64,000 nt of DNA from Pseudomonadota bacterium (lineage in GTDB: Bacteria; Pseudomonadota; Gammaproteobacteria; Steroidobacterales; Steroidobacteraceae). The notes under the pieces are model-generated. The model worked only from the letters and a program-made list of their open reading frames with translations, searched no databases and was not told the DNA's origin. The DNA lies in contig JAFAGC010000130.1 of the NCBI GenBank assembly GCA_023423065.1, positions 60,118 to 124,117 on the forward strand, in the 5' to 3' direction. The position numbers and the translations under genes were made by a program. How positions within the stretch are numbered: position 1 is the stretch's first letter; the number at the start of each line of letters is the position of its first letter. Shown in pieces: positions 18,557 through 27,294 of this stretch.

Positions 18557-19759
18557 TCAGAGAGCCGCGACCTTCATGAGGGCTGTGCGTGTTGGGAGCA
18601 GCCTGTCGCTGAATGGCAGAATGGCCGCGCCAACAGCGGGAGCGTCGTCCGATAGTGCGGCTCGTGATACGGGCGCAATGGCTGGAACCTTGGCAGAGAA
18701 GGAATGCAATTTCTGATTCAGCCGCGTCGCCAGGTTGTCAACGATGTCCGCAGGAAGCCGCCCCCCGATCAGAATCGCCTGAGGATTGAACAGGCAGTTG
18801 ATTGAGATCACCGGCGAGAGGAGCGTGTCCACTGCGTCCTCTGTCCAGACATCGACGATGGCTCGACCACGCTCGTCGAGGCGCATCAGTTCCTGAGGGC
18901 TCGATACGACGATCCCCTGGGCCGACAAACGCCCGAACAACGCGGAAAGTGACACGATTTCTTGAATCTGCCGTTCTCGGCCCGAGGGGTCCCTGCCTTC
19001 GAGAAGACCGAGCTCGCCGCTGCGTCCGGACGCGCCTCGGTAGTGGTGACCCTCCATAACGATGCTCCCGCCCAAGGCGGCCGTGATGAGGATGTAGAAG
19101 AACGTCTGGTACTTTTTGCCGAGGCCGAATTGCATCTCGCCGATGGTGGCCGCGGCAGCATCGTTTTCCACGAACACCGGCACATGCAGGGTCTTTTGCA
19201 GCAGCGCCGGAATGTTAGTCGTCGCCCAGATGTTGTAGTTGGCCGGTTGGTGCGGCAACGTGGCCGCGTGAGGCATGTCATCCGGCGACGCGACACCGAT
19301 GCCGGCGAGTTTCTCGGACCCGGCATCGACTTGAGCGAGAAGCTTGCGCACGCGTTCCTTGAAGAATTTCTCGACATCAGATGGCATCGCGAAGGCGATT
19401 TCGCGAGAGGCGCGAGCGCGCACCTGGCCTGCGAAGTCGAGAACTACTAAGGTAATGTGATCTCGATCGACGTTGAGTCCAATCGAGAACAGGCTGTCCG
19501 GATTGATGACGAGTTTGGTCGCCGGTTGCCCGCGACCTCCCCGGCGGCGCCCAGCCTCCTGGATCAATCCGTCACTAAGCAGCCGCTTGGTGATGTTAGC
19601 GATCGTCGGTGCGGTAAGACCAGTAATCGCCGCCAGTTCTACACGAGTTATCGGCCCGTTGACGCGCACGGCATGCAGCGTCACGCGCTGATTGTGATCG
19701 CCTGCGCGTTGAAGGTTCGAACCTGAAAGATGCGATTGCCCGAAACGTCGCGGCGTCAT
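18557..19759 (-). CDS. ROK-family transcriptional regulator (NagC/Mlc-like)
   Basis: N-terminal winged-HTH (ITRVELAAITGLTAPTIANITKRLL) followed by a ROK sugar-kinase-like body. Confidence 0.85.
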   Translation of the reverse strand: MTPRRFGQSHLSGSNLQRAGDHNQRVTLHAVRVNGPITRVELAAITGLTAPTIANITKRLLSDGLIQEAGRRRGGRGQPATKLVINPDSLFSIGLNVDRDHITLVVLDFAGQVRARASREIAFAMPSDVEKFFKERVRKLLAQVDAGSEKLAGIGVASPDDMPHAATLPHQPANYNIWATTNIPALLQKTLHVPVFVENDAAAATIGEMQFGLGKKYQTFFYILITAALGGSIVMEGHHYRGASGRSGELGLLEGRDPSGRERQIQEIVSLSALFGRLSAQGIVVSSPQELMRLDERGRAIVDVWTEDAVDTLLSPVISINCLFNPQAILIGGRLPADIVDNLATRLNQKLHSFSAKVPAIAPVSRAALSDDAPAVGAAILPFSDRLLPTRTALMKVAAL

Positions 19760-20703
19760 TGCGACACGGTCAACGCCGGCCTGCAGGCCCGTCGTGCGGT
19801 CCCGGCATCAGCGTCTACCGCTAACGCCAGGGCGCCCAGAGGGCCAGACATCGTTCCGAGGCCAGGAGGCACGATGTACTGGGCGATTCCGGCTTCGAGC
19901 TCTTCAGCTTCAATGTAGTGATTGAGACTGACGCTCAGTGCTCTTTGAACTCGTTCGAACAAATGTGCCTGTGCGCTTAACACTCCGCCGCCGAGGAAGA
20001 TGCGCTGGGGCGCAGTCGTCAGCACCATGATGTGCAGCAGCTGAGCGAGATCGTGGGCAACGAAATCCCAAGCGGGATGATCCGTCGCAAGTTTCGATGC
20101 CGGCACGCCCGACCGAGCCTCGATTGCAGGTCCAGAAGCGAGGCCTTCGACACAGTCGCCGTGAAACGTGCAGATGCCTGGAAAACTGTCGCCGGGGCGC
20201 CGTACGGTGCGAATGTGTCCAAGCTCCGTGTGGTTCATACCAAAAATAGTTCTTCCGCCGACTACGGTACCGACTCCGATGCCCGTGCCGACGGTCACAT
20301 ATGCGAAATCGGTGAGCCCAACTCCGGCTCCCCAACGTCCCTCAGCAAGTGCCGCCCCGTTGACGTCGGTATCGAATCCGACGGGTAACCCAAACCTCTT
20401 CTCGAGACGTCGTGCAACGTCTGAATTCCGCCACCCCACCTTCGCGGTGCTGGTGACGAACCCGTAGGTGTTAGATTGCGTTCGCAAGTCCACAGGTCCG
20501 AATGAGGCGACTCCCAACGCCCGAATATTGCCGTATTGGCTTCGCCAGCGCTCAAGAATCCCCTCGATGTCGCGCAAGGTCTCGTCATATGCCCGAGTGG
20601 GCAAACGTTCCACGGCGCGGATGTCATCCGGGCCACTCCCCAGGATGCAGACACACTTTGTGCCGCCCATTTCGACGCCGGCAAACAACTCATTTGCAAT
20701 CAT
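19756..20703 (-). CDS. ROK-family sugar kinase (fructo/mannokinase Mak-like)
   Basis: FAGVEMGGTKCVC N-terminal ATP motif, VTVGTGIGVG, and a Zn motif CTFHGDCVEG. The start was taken at MIANELF (20703). The ORF is open to 20808. Confidence 0.75.
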   Translation of the reverse strand: MIANELFAGVEMGGTKCVCILGSGPDDIRAVERLPTRAYDETLRDIEGILERWRSQYGNIRALGVASFGPVDLRTQSNTYGFVTSTAKVGWRNSDVARRLEKRFGLPVGFDTDVNGAALAEGRWGAGVGLTDFAYVTVGTGIGVGTVVGGRTIFGMNHTELGHIRTVRRPGDSFPGICTFHGDCVEGLASGPAIEARSGVPASKLATDHPAWDFVAHDLAQLLHIMVLTTAPQRIFLGGGVLSAQAHLFERVQRALSVSLNHYIEAEELEAGIAQYIVPPGLGTMSGPLGALALAVDADAGTARRACRPALTVSQ

Positions 20704-20875
20704 TATCTCTACCGCACGGAATTTCCGACCGCCGTGCAATGCGGTCGTAGGGGCCATGAGAATGGCCCCTGACGCTCCAACGCCGCAGCCGCTGATGCTT
20801 GCCACCAATGATTGTCGGGAGGAGTACTCACCTCAGATCCCTGCTCGACGCCTTCCATCACCGTCCGAGGTATTC

Positions 20876-20886
20876 GTCACAGTGAC
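20876..20886. promoter_or_regulatory. palindrome GTCACAGTGAC in the divergent kinase/GH2 promoter region
   Basis: 5-bp arms around one central base, embedded in the AT-rich TATTCGTCACAGTGACAATATAAT. Confidence 0.25.
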
Positions 20887-20944
20887 AATATAATTCGGCA
20901 AGTTGATTTAGTTATAGTACGGCATCTCTAGGAGGGTGGGAACC

Positions 20945-23900
20945 ATGCCGTACTTGCACTCAGTGCCCGCGTTGGCGCTTTTCTCAATCCTGTTTGCGTT
21001 TGCCGTTCCGGCAAATGCAGCCAATCGAGACGATAACTCAGGTCCTTACAACGTCAGGATTCTTGAAGGTGGTGAGGGCCTGTCGCGAAAACTCTCGCCC
21101 GAGACCGCATCGTTGGAGGCAGGCGGTTCGTGGTCCATGACCGGTTGGATAAACCCGACGCGAGTTCAGGCGGAGTTCACGCCTATCTTGTCGGTCGGTG
21201 GGAAAAGTGCCACGGCTCGTGTGCTCGCGCTGGGTGGCGGAAAATTGTCGATGCGTATCGGCGACAACGTCCTTGCAAGCTCTGTAGAAGTACCTGCGGG
21301 CATCTGGACGGCAGTCGCGGCCACATATGACGGCAGTCGGATCCGACTATATGTAAACGGGAAGGAAGTGACCTCAGGGGAAATGAGCGGCCGCGCAGCG
21401 GACCCGCAGCTCGATGTGGCACCGGTCATTCGAGACGACAATGCCGTGCACTTTGGCGGACATCTGGCGGAGCTCAAACTACACAAGAATGCACTGTCGG
21501 CACAGGAAGTACGCGCGCTCGCGGGCTCGAGACCGAACTTCGACTTGACGGTATTTCATGAGGTCGGCGGACACTGGCCCTGGCAGGTGCGACAGTGGAG
21601 AGGACTGCAGGAACCACAAGATCCCTGGACCCTGCCGAAAGGCAAGGCCGCACCCGACAAGCCCGTCGCCAAACCCCTCTTCCTCAAGCCTGAGTTGATT
21701 GCTGCGGGCGGCAACGTATGGACGCTCGGAAGGTGGCGGCTGGCTGAGGCGCCAACGATTTCCGCGACACCAGAAGAAATCTCTCACCCTAACTATTCGG
21801 ATGCCGCGTGGTACCTCGCAACGGTGCCTGGAACCGTACTGACGACCCTCATCGACCGCGGTGTGTATCCAGACTACGACCATGGCCTCAACAATATGGC
21901 CATCCCAGAGCGGCTGGCGCGTCAGGATTACTGGTATCGCACACGTTTCGAGCTACCGGCGGCCCTTGCAGGCAAGCGCCTGACGCTCACGTTTAAGGGA
22001 ATCAATTACGCCGCGGAGGCCTGGATCAATGGCGCGCGGGCGGGGAACATTCGCGGCGCCTTCATCCGCGGCGTGTTCGATGTCACCGAGGTCGTAAACC
22101 CGGGTCAGGTCAACGTCGTTGCTGTGCGCGTGTCACCGCCGCCGCATCCAGGAATTCCGCATGAAGAGTCGATAGCGGCGGGCCCCGGTGAAAATGGCGG
22201 CTGGATAGCCATCGACGGACCCACGTTCGCGGCGGCGGAAGGCTGGGACTGGATCCCAGGCATTCGCGATCGCAATACGGGTCTTTGGCAGGACGTGGAG
22301 TTGCGCGCCAGCGGCGAGGTTCGCCTTCTGGACCCGCAGGTGCTCACGCTGCTGCCGTTGCCGAAAACGGATCGCGCCGAGGTCACGATCGTCGCGCCGC
22401 TCGAGAATACGCATGCTCGCCCGGTCGAAGTCACGGTAACTGCCGCGTTCGAAGGCGCAAACGTCACCAAGACCATTCAGGCCGCGCCGGGACGCAGTGA
22501 AGTCCGCTTTTCACCCTCGGAATTTTCCGCGCTCAACATCCAGAATCCTCGCCTGTGGTGGCCGAACGGATATGGCGAGCCCGCGCTCTACAATCTTAAG
22601 CTCTCGGCCAGCGCCGCAGGCAGCGCATCTGACTCGAAGGAACTTCGTTTTGGCATCCGCCATGTAACCTACGAGTTTTCCTTGTTTGATTCGAATGGGC
22701 GGCTTCGCAGAGTCGAAGTGGACGTAGCGCGGGGTCACGCGCTCGGTGAACGCCTCATCGACAACACACACGAGAAGATCAAGAAGAGCCCAATGGGATG
22801 GGCGGCATCACTCACGCCGGCTGGCGAAAAATCCTCGGCCGTTCGTGAACTCTCCGATCCTCTCGAATATCCGCATCTCACGTTGCGCGTGAACGGCGTG
22901 CGAATTCTCGCGCGCGGCGGCAACTGGGGCATGGACGACTCACGCAAGCGAATCCAACGCGAGCGCCTCGAGCCCTATTTCAAGCTTCAAAAGGCCGCGA
23001 ATCTGAACGTGATCCGCAACTGGATGGGCACCAACACTCAGGATTCGTTCTACGAGCTCTGCGACGAGTATGGAATGATGGTGCTCAACGACTTCTGGGC
23101 GTCCACGCAGGACTTCCAGGTCGAGCCGCAGGATCCGCAGCTGTTCCTCGAGAACGCGATCGATACGGTGCAGCGTTATCGCAATCACCCGTCGATCGTG
23201 CTCTGGTTCGGCCGCAACGAAGGCGTGCCGCAACCGATCCTCAACGAGGGGCTCGGCGACGTCGTGGCGGAATATGATGGCACACGGCACTTCATGGGCA
23301 GCTCGAACGTCGTCAACCTTTCGGGCTCGGGGCCTTACAACTACCGGCCGCCCGTGGGCTACTTCACGGACCTGGCACCGGGCTTCTCCGTGGAGACGGG
23401 TACGCCTTCACTGGCTACCTTGGAGGCCATCGAGGCCATGGTGCCGAAAGAGGATCGCTGGCCCATCTCCGACGCCCTCGCCTATCACGACTGGCATTTC
23501 GGCGGAAACGGGGACATCAAGACTTTCATGGAGACGCTCGCGACGCGTTACGGTGAAGGAAAGAGCCTGGAGGATTTCGAGCGCAAGGCGCAGATGATGA
23601 ACTACGAGACCTACCGCGCGATGTTCGAGGGTCTACAGGCTCATCTTTGGACTAAAAATTCCGGACGGCTCCTGTGGATGTCGCATCCTGCCTGGCCATC
23701 GAATCACTGGCAGATCTACAGCCACGACTACGACACGCACGCGGCGTACTACGGCGTGAAGAAGGCAACCGAGCCGATGCACGTGCAGATGAATCTCCCC
23801 GACTTCACGCTGAGCGTAGTCAACACGACTCTGGAAGCTCACCGAGGGCTCAAGCTCGTTTCGGAAATAAAAACACTCGACAACCAGAGCCTTTCGCGAC

Positions 23901-24388
23901 GGGAAGACTCAATCGAGGCGGTGGCGAACTCCGTGACACACACTCCCGCACTGCCGTTGGACAGCTTGCTGCAGAAGCATCCGGTCGTACTCGTGCGGCT
24001 CGCGCTACGCGACGCCGCGGGCAAGACCCTCTCTGAAAACACGTACGTTCAGAGCAAGGACAATGCCAGCCTGCAGGCGCTCAACGAACTTGCTCAGCAG
24101 AAGCTTGCCGTCGAGTCGAGCGTGGAGCGGAACGCTGACGAGCAATTGGTCCGGATTCGAATCTCCAATCAGGGCAACTCGCCGACACTGTCCGTGAAAC
24201 TGACGCTGGTCGATGGAAAAGGCGCGCGCATTCTTCCCGCGCTCTACAGTGACAATTATCTGGATTTGTTTCCGGGTGAAACGCGTCAGGTCGAAATCCG
24301 CTATCCCGCAACTGCGGACGCCCGCCCGTCACTCAAGATCCGTGGCTGGAATACGCAATCGCGCACGGTTCGCGTAGCGGCTCGCTAA
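20945..24388 (+). CDS. GH2 glycoside hydrolase (beta-mannosidase / exo-glucosaminidase-like) with an N-terminal LamG/ConA-like domain
   Basis: GGAGG lies 9 nt before ATG 20945. Signal peptide, LamG-like SRIRLYVNGKEV, GH2 sugar-binding and TIM regions, and the WFGRNEG acid/base motif. Confidence 0.8.
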   Translation: MPYLHSVPALALFSILFAFAVPANAANRDDNSGPYNVRILEGGEGLSRKLSPETASLEAGGSWSMTGWINPTRVQAEFTPILSVGGKSATARVLALGGGKLSMRIGDNVLASSVEVPAGIWTAVAATYDGSRIRLYVNGKEVTSGEMSGRAADPQLDVAPVIRDDNAVHFGGHLAELKLHKNALSAQEVRALAGSRPNFDLTVFHEVGGHWPWQVRQWRGLQEPQDPWTLPKGKAAPDKPVAKPLFLKPELIAAGGNVWTLGRWRLAEAPTISATPEEISHPNYSDAAWYLATVPGTVLTTLIDRGVYPDYDHGLNNMAIPERLARQDYWYRTRFELPAALAGKRLTLTFKGINYAAEAWINGARAGNIRGAFIRGVFDVTEVVNPGQVNVVAVRVSPPPHPGIPHEESIAAGPGENGGWIAIDGPTFAAAEGWDWIPGIRDRNTGLWQDVELRASGEVRLLDPQVLTLLPLPKTDRAEVTIVAPLENTHARPVEVTVTAAFEGANVTKTIQAAPGRSEVRFSPSEFSALNIQNPRLWWPNGYGEPALYNLKLSASAAGSASDSKELRFGIRHVTYEFSLFDSNGRLRRVEVDVARGHALGERLIDNTHEKIKKSPMGWAASLTPAGEKSSAVRELSDPLEYPHLTLRVNGVRILARGGNWGMDDSRKRIQRERLEPYFKLQKAANLNVIRNWMGTNTQDSFYELCDEYGMMVLNDFWASTQDFQVEPQDPQLFLENAIDTVQRYRNHPSIVLWFGRNEGVPQPILNEGLGDVVAEYDGTRHFMGSSNVVNLSGSGPYNYRPPVGYFTDLAPGFSVETGTPSLATLEAIEAMVPKEDRWPISDALAYHDWHFGGNGDIKTFMETLATRYGEGKSLEDFERKAQMMNYETYRAMFEGLQAHLWTKNSGRLLWMSHPAWPSNHWQIYSHDYDTHAAYYGVKKATEPMHVQMNLPDFTLSVVNTTLEAHRGLKLVSEIKTLDNQSLSRREDSIEAVANSVTHTPALPLDSLLQKHPVVLVRLALRDAAGKTLSENTYVQSKDNASLQALNELAQQKLAVESSVERNADEQLVRIRISNQGNSPTLSVKLTLVDGKGARILPALYSDNYLDLFPGETRQVEIRYPATADARPSLKIRGWNTQSRTVRVAAR

Positions 24389-24432
24389 CGAAGGGGTTCC
24401 TCATGCGCTCGATGAAGATGGCGAAGGGCTTC

Positions 24433-24734
24433 TCAGGATAAGGCGATTGCGAATGCGCGCTTGCCCAGTGCTCGTTTATGCGCCGATGGATCGATTCCAT
24501 TCGCGAGCATGGAGCGCGCCGCCTGGTGACGAGCCCTCGCCTCCTCTAGCGAAACATCCGGCCTGGTGCCGAGAGCGAGGGTGTTGTACCTGCCACAAAA
24601 TCGGTAGTTATATCGCCAATACCGACCCCCATTTGGCATCACTAACAAGTACAAGCCACCGCCATGGAATACTTTTCGCGAGTAGCGCAGAGGCGCCGTG
24701 TCATCAGGCGCTTTGCTGCGTTTCTTTAAGTATG
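24433..24734 (-). pseudogene. P4-type tyrosine integrase remnant (N-terminal DUF4102/arm-binding region only)
   Basis: GGGLYLLVMPNGGRYWRYNYRFCGRYNTLALGTRPDVSLEEARARHQAARSMLANGIDPS is the hallmark N-terminus of P4-like integrases. There is no catalytic domain, the stop is at 24433-24435, and the 5' end abuts the IS. Confidence 0.75.
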
Positions 24735-25515
24735 AGATCTGGTGCATTGGCGGTCGGGCCGGAGGAAGCCGCCTTCGCGGGGAGCTCCACGACAAAGGGT
24801 TCGCCAAAGCGTGATCCCAGAGAGACTTCAGCGACAAGCGCCCATTAGACCGACCGCCAAAGGAGAACTGTCGTTTGTGTATACGGTGCGCGAGTTCGAC
24901 GCCAGCAAGTGCAGTAGCGGCCGTCTCCAATGACTTGAAGCCCAACATTGAAGCGCAGCGACGTTTAATCGCACGGTGATCTTGCTCCACAATGTTGTTG
25001 AGATAGCGGCAACTTCTTACCAGTACCGATTTCCATCTCGTGTCCTCGTCAGTTAGCAGGCGAACTGCCCGATGACTTGCGGCGTGACCGTCGAGAGTGA
25101 TTTTCCGCGGCCACACTGATTGCTGGGTTGCGACCGCCTTGCGGAAAAATGCCTGCGCGGCTTCGATTCCTCGATCCTCTCGCAACAGTGAATCGACGGA
25201 CTTGCCGTGTTTATCGACAGCACGATAGAGATATGCCGATTTGCCGCAAACGCGGATGGCAGTCTCATCCATGCGCCAAGAGGAATTCACCCGAGTCGCG
25301 TACCTGGCCCACCTTCTTTCGTATTCCGGTACGTAGCGCAACACCCAGCGCATGATCGTCGTATGCGTCACGACGATGCCGCGCTCGGCCATCATGGCAG
25401 CCAAGTCTCGGTAGCTCAGTCGGTAGGTTATGTACCAGCGGACGCAGAGCTCAATGGTTTCGGTCTGGAACCTGCGACCTCGATAGATCGGGTCGCGCTC
25501 GATTGGCTGAGTCAT
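24433..25515 (-). CDS. IS6-family DDE transposase; the ORF lacks its own stop and reads through the IS end into the integrase remnant
   Basis: WRMDETAIRV (D), ITLDGHAAS (D) and YLNNIVEQDHRAIKRR (E) match IS6/IS26-type motifs. The transposase-like sequence ends near ...SLWDHALA, and the remaining ~100 aa are the integrase fragment. Confidence 0.8.
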   Translation of the reverse strand: MTQPIERDPIYRGRRFQTETIELCVRWYITYRLSYRDLAAMMAERGIVVTHTTIMRWVLRYVPEYERRWARYATRVNSSWRMDETAIRVCGKSAYLYRAVDKHGKSVDSLLREDRGIEAAQAFFRKAVATQQSVWPRKITLDGHAASHRAVRLLTDEDTRWKSVLVRSCRYLNNIVEQDHRAIKRRCASMLGFKSLETAATALAGVELAHRIHKRQFSFGGRSNGRLSLKSLWDHALANPLSWSSPRRRLPPARPPMHQISYLKKRSKAPDDTAPLRYSRKVFHGGGLYLLVMPNGGRYWRYNYRFCGRYNTLALGTRPDVSLEEARARHQAARSMLANGIDPSAHKRALGKRAFAIALS

Positions 25516-25572
25516 TCATGCTCTCCTTAAAAGGCACGAATTCCTCCGCTTTTCCGCCAACGCACCAGAACC
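24735..25572 (-). mobile_element. IS6-family insertion sequence (about 838 bp)
   Basis: Imperfect terminal inverted repeats. On the minus strand 25572->25533 reads GGTTCTGGTGCGTTGGCGGAAAAGCGGAGGAATTCGTGCC. On the plus strand 24735->24773 reads AGATCTGGTGCATTGGCGGTCGGGCCGGAGGAAGCCGCC. The element contains a single DDE transposase gene. Confidence 0.75.
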
Positions 25573-25863
25573 TCGAAATACCCTACGCTCGCACACTGGT
25601 TGTCGGCGACATGATGCCAAAACGTTGCTTCATTTCGGACTCTTTTCGCTCATTGTGCGCAGTATTGCAATCGCCCTTTCGCCATTCTCCTTTGATCAAG
25701 CCGACGCGCCCTGGGCGGCACGATTTGATGGTTCAATTTTCTCTGAACAGACTATGGGTCGGCACGTGCGTGTCAGAGCAACTGGCCTGGGACCGACGAT
25801 TCCGGCGGTCGCAATGAACCGATCTCAACTATGCCGTGTGCCGATTGTCAGAAGCTCCCCTGC

Positions 25864-27171
25864 CTAGCGCTGGCCATGCCGTGCCTTCTCTTCCGGTGAT
25901 TGCCACTGGTCGAATTGCTCGAGTACATCCGCAGTGCTCATGAGCATTCGTCCGTGTTTTAACTGGTCAAGGATCCGTTCCCGGCGCAAGCCCGACAATT
26001 CTGCAGCCCGCAATTCCACATCTTTGAAGAATGCCTCTCTGTCGCGAGCTTCCACCCAAGCAGACATGATGCGGCGCAACTCGGCGTGACTTTGCTTCTG
26101 CGCTTCGGCGATTCGGCGTTGCTCCTCTTCATGCCGCCACTTTTCGCGTTGCTCTTCCCAGTCTTGCCGCTGCAGTTCGAGCTTTCGAAGCGTCTCGTTT
26201 ATTTGCCTTGTCACTTCCCCAACGGACCTCTCGAGTGTCGTCACGATCGACTCGGCACTTGCATCCAGCGGCTGATCCTTCTCATCCCAAAGTCGCTTCC
26301 ATTGCGTACCTCTGAATGCGGAATAGATCTGCAGCCGGAGGCGCCCAGTCGGAAACTGCCGTTTGGTTGTCCAGGTCGTGTCAAGTCCGTACCGTCGCTT
26401 AGAAGGTTTGTATTCCGAGTCCCGGATGTACTTGCCATCGACATATCTCGCGATGACTTCTTCAGCCATCTCGATTGTTGTGAGGCCGAACTCGACTTCA
26501 CCGACATAGACCACCGTTGGGCACGACGGCGACCAAAGATTGGTGTAGCTATCTAGCGGTCCCGGCGGTTTCTCAAGCATGTCGGGCGCGCGCCGCTGAT
26601 TTTCTTCGTAATCTCGCTCAAACAAGACTCGATGCCCGCGGGCCTCGAAAGCTTGAAACAACGTATTGGCGAATGTCAGCGCGCGATCCAGCATCGGCCG
26701 AGTCACGATGACGTCAACAAGAGCCTTCTTGTCTGGCTTTAAGTATCCCAGCTCGTGGGAGAAGCGCCCTTTCTCGAAGTGCGCCTTTGCACCCGAGATC
26801 ATGTGATGCAGGCTCGCTTTTTCAGGCTGCGCCGATCGAAGTTGCGAGCTGAGTTTCGCTCCTGTTGATGACGGCGTGCCTGGCGCTGGAAGGCTGACTG
26901 ATATCCCCTTCATCCAGCTCAGCTGGTCACCGGGCTTAGCCGGCGGCAGTGCCGGTGCTGCTGGAGCGCGACCAACCGCTGCTTTCCCCCAATAGCCCGC
27001 CGCTGGCCGAGGAACATTCAGCGCCGTACAGACACGTGCCATGTAGCTCGATGACACGCCGAAAGCCGAAGCAACTCTAAGCATCGGCTTAGACCAGACG
27101 AGTTCGTAGAGCGCTTCGCGGCTGATGGGCTGATGGGTACTAAGCGGTTGTTTCTTGTCGTCCGGCTTCAC
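25864..27171 (-). CDS. hypothetical protein with an HTH-like N-terminus and a charged coiled-coil C-terminus
   Basis: Start assigned to GTG 27171 (VKPDDKK...). The conserved-looking ISREALYELVWSKPMLRVASAFGVSSSYMARVCTALNVPRPAAGYWGK module recurs in uncharacterised proteins. The C-terminus reads QRQDWEEQREKWRHEEEQRRIAEAQKQ. Confidence 0.55.
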   Translation of the reverse strand: MKPDDKKQPLSTHQPISREALYELVWSKPMLRVASAFGVSSSYMARVCTALNVPRPAAGYWGKAAVGRAPAAPALPPAKPGDQLSWMKGISVSLPAPGTPSSTGAKLSSQLRSAQPEKASLHHMISGAKAHFEKGRFSHELGYLKPDKKALVDVIVTRPMLDRALTFANTLFQAFEARGHRVLFERDYEENQRRAPDMLEKPPGPLDSYTNLWSPSCPTVVYVGEVEFGLTTIEMAEEVIARYVDGKYIRDSEYKPSKRRYGLDTTWTTKRQFPTGRLRLQIYSAFRGTQWKRLWDEKDQPLDASAESIVTTLERSVGEVTRQINETLRKLELQRQDWEEQREKWRHEEEQRRIAEAQKQSHAELRRIMSAWVEARDREAFFKDVELRAAELSGLRRERILDQLKHGRMLMSTADVLEQFDQWQSPEEKARHGQR

Positions 27172-27260
27172 GAGATGTTCCAGATAGGTGCAATGGATGG
27201 GATGGGTAACTAGGCTCGAGTGCGTTGTTCCACGTTGTTCTTGACTCCCGCTACGAGCGG

Positions 27261-27280
27261 CGGTACAACGCGGTACAACG
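27261..27280. promoter_or_regulatory. tandem direct repeat CGGTACAACG x2 in a divergent intergenic region
   Basis: Two exact adjacent 10-mers lie 15 nt upstream of the ATG at 27295, between the divergent genes. Confidence 0.35.
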
Positions 27281-27294
27281 CATTCGAGGCCCCT

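Noticed and set aside
24433-25515. A genuine bifunctional transposase-integrase fusion protein
   Set aside because: The junction coincides with the IS terminal repeat, and the integrase part is only the ~100-aa arm region with no catalytic domain. This is best explained as accidental read-through after insertion.
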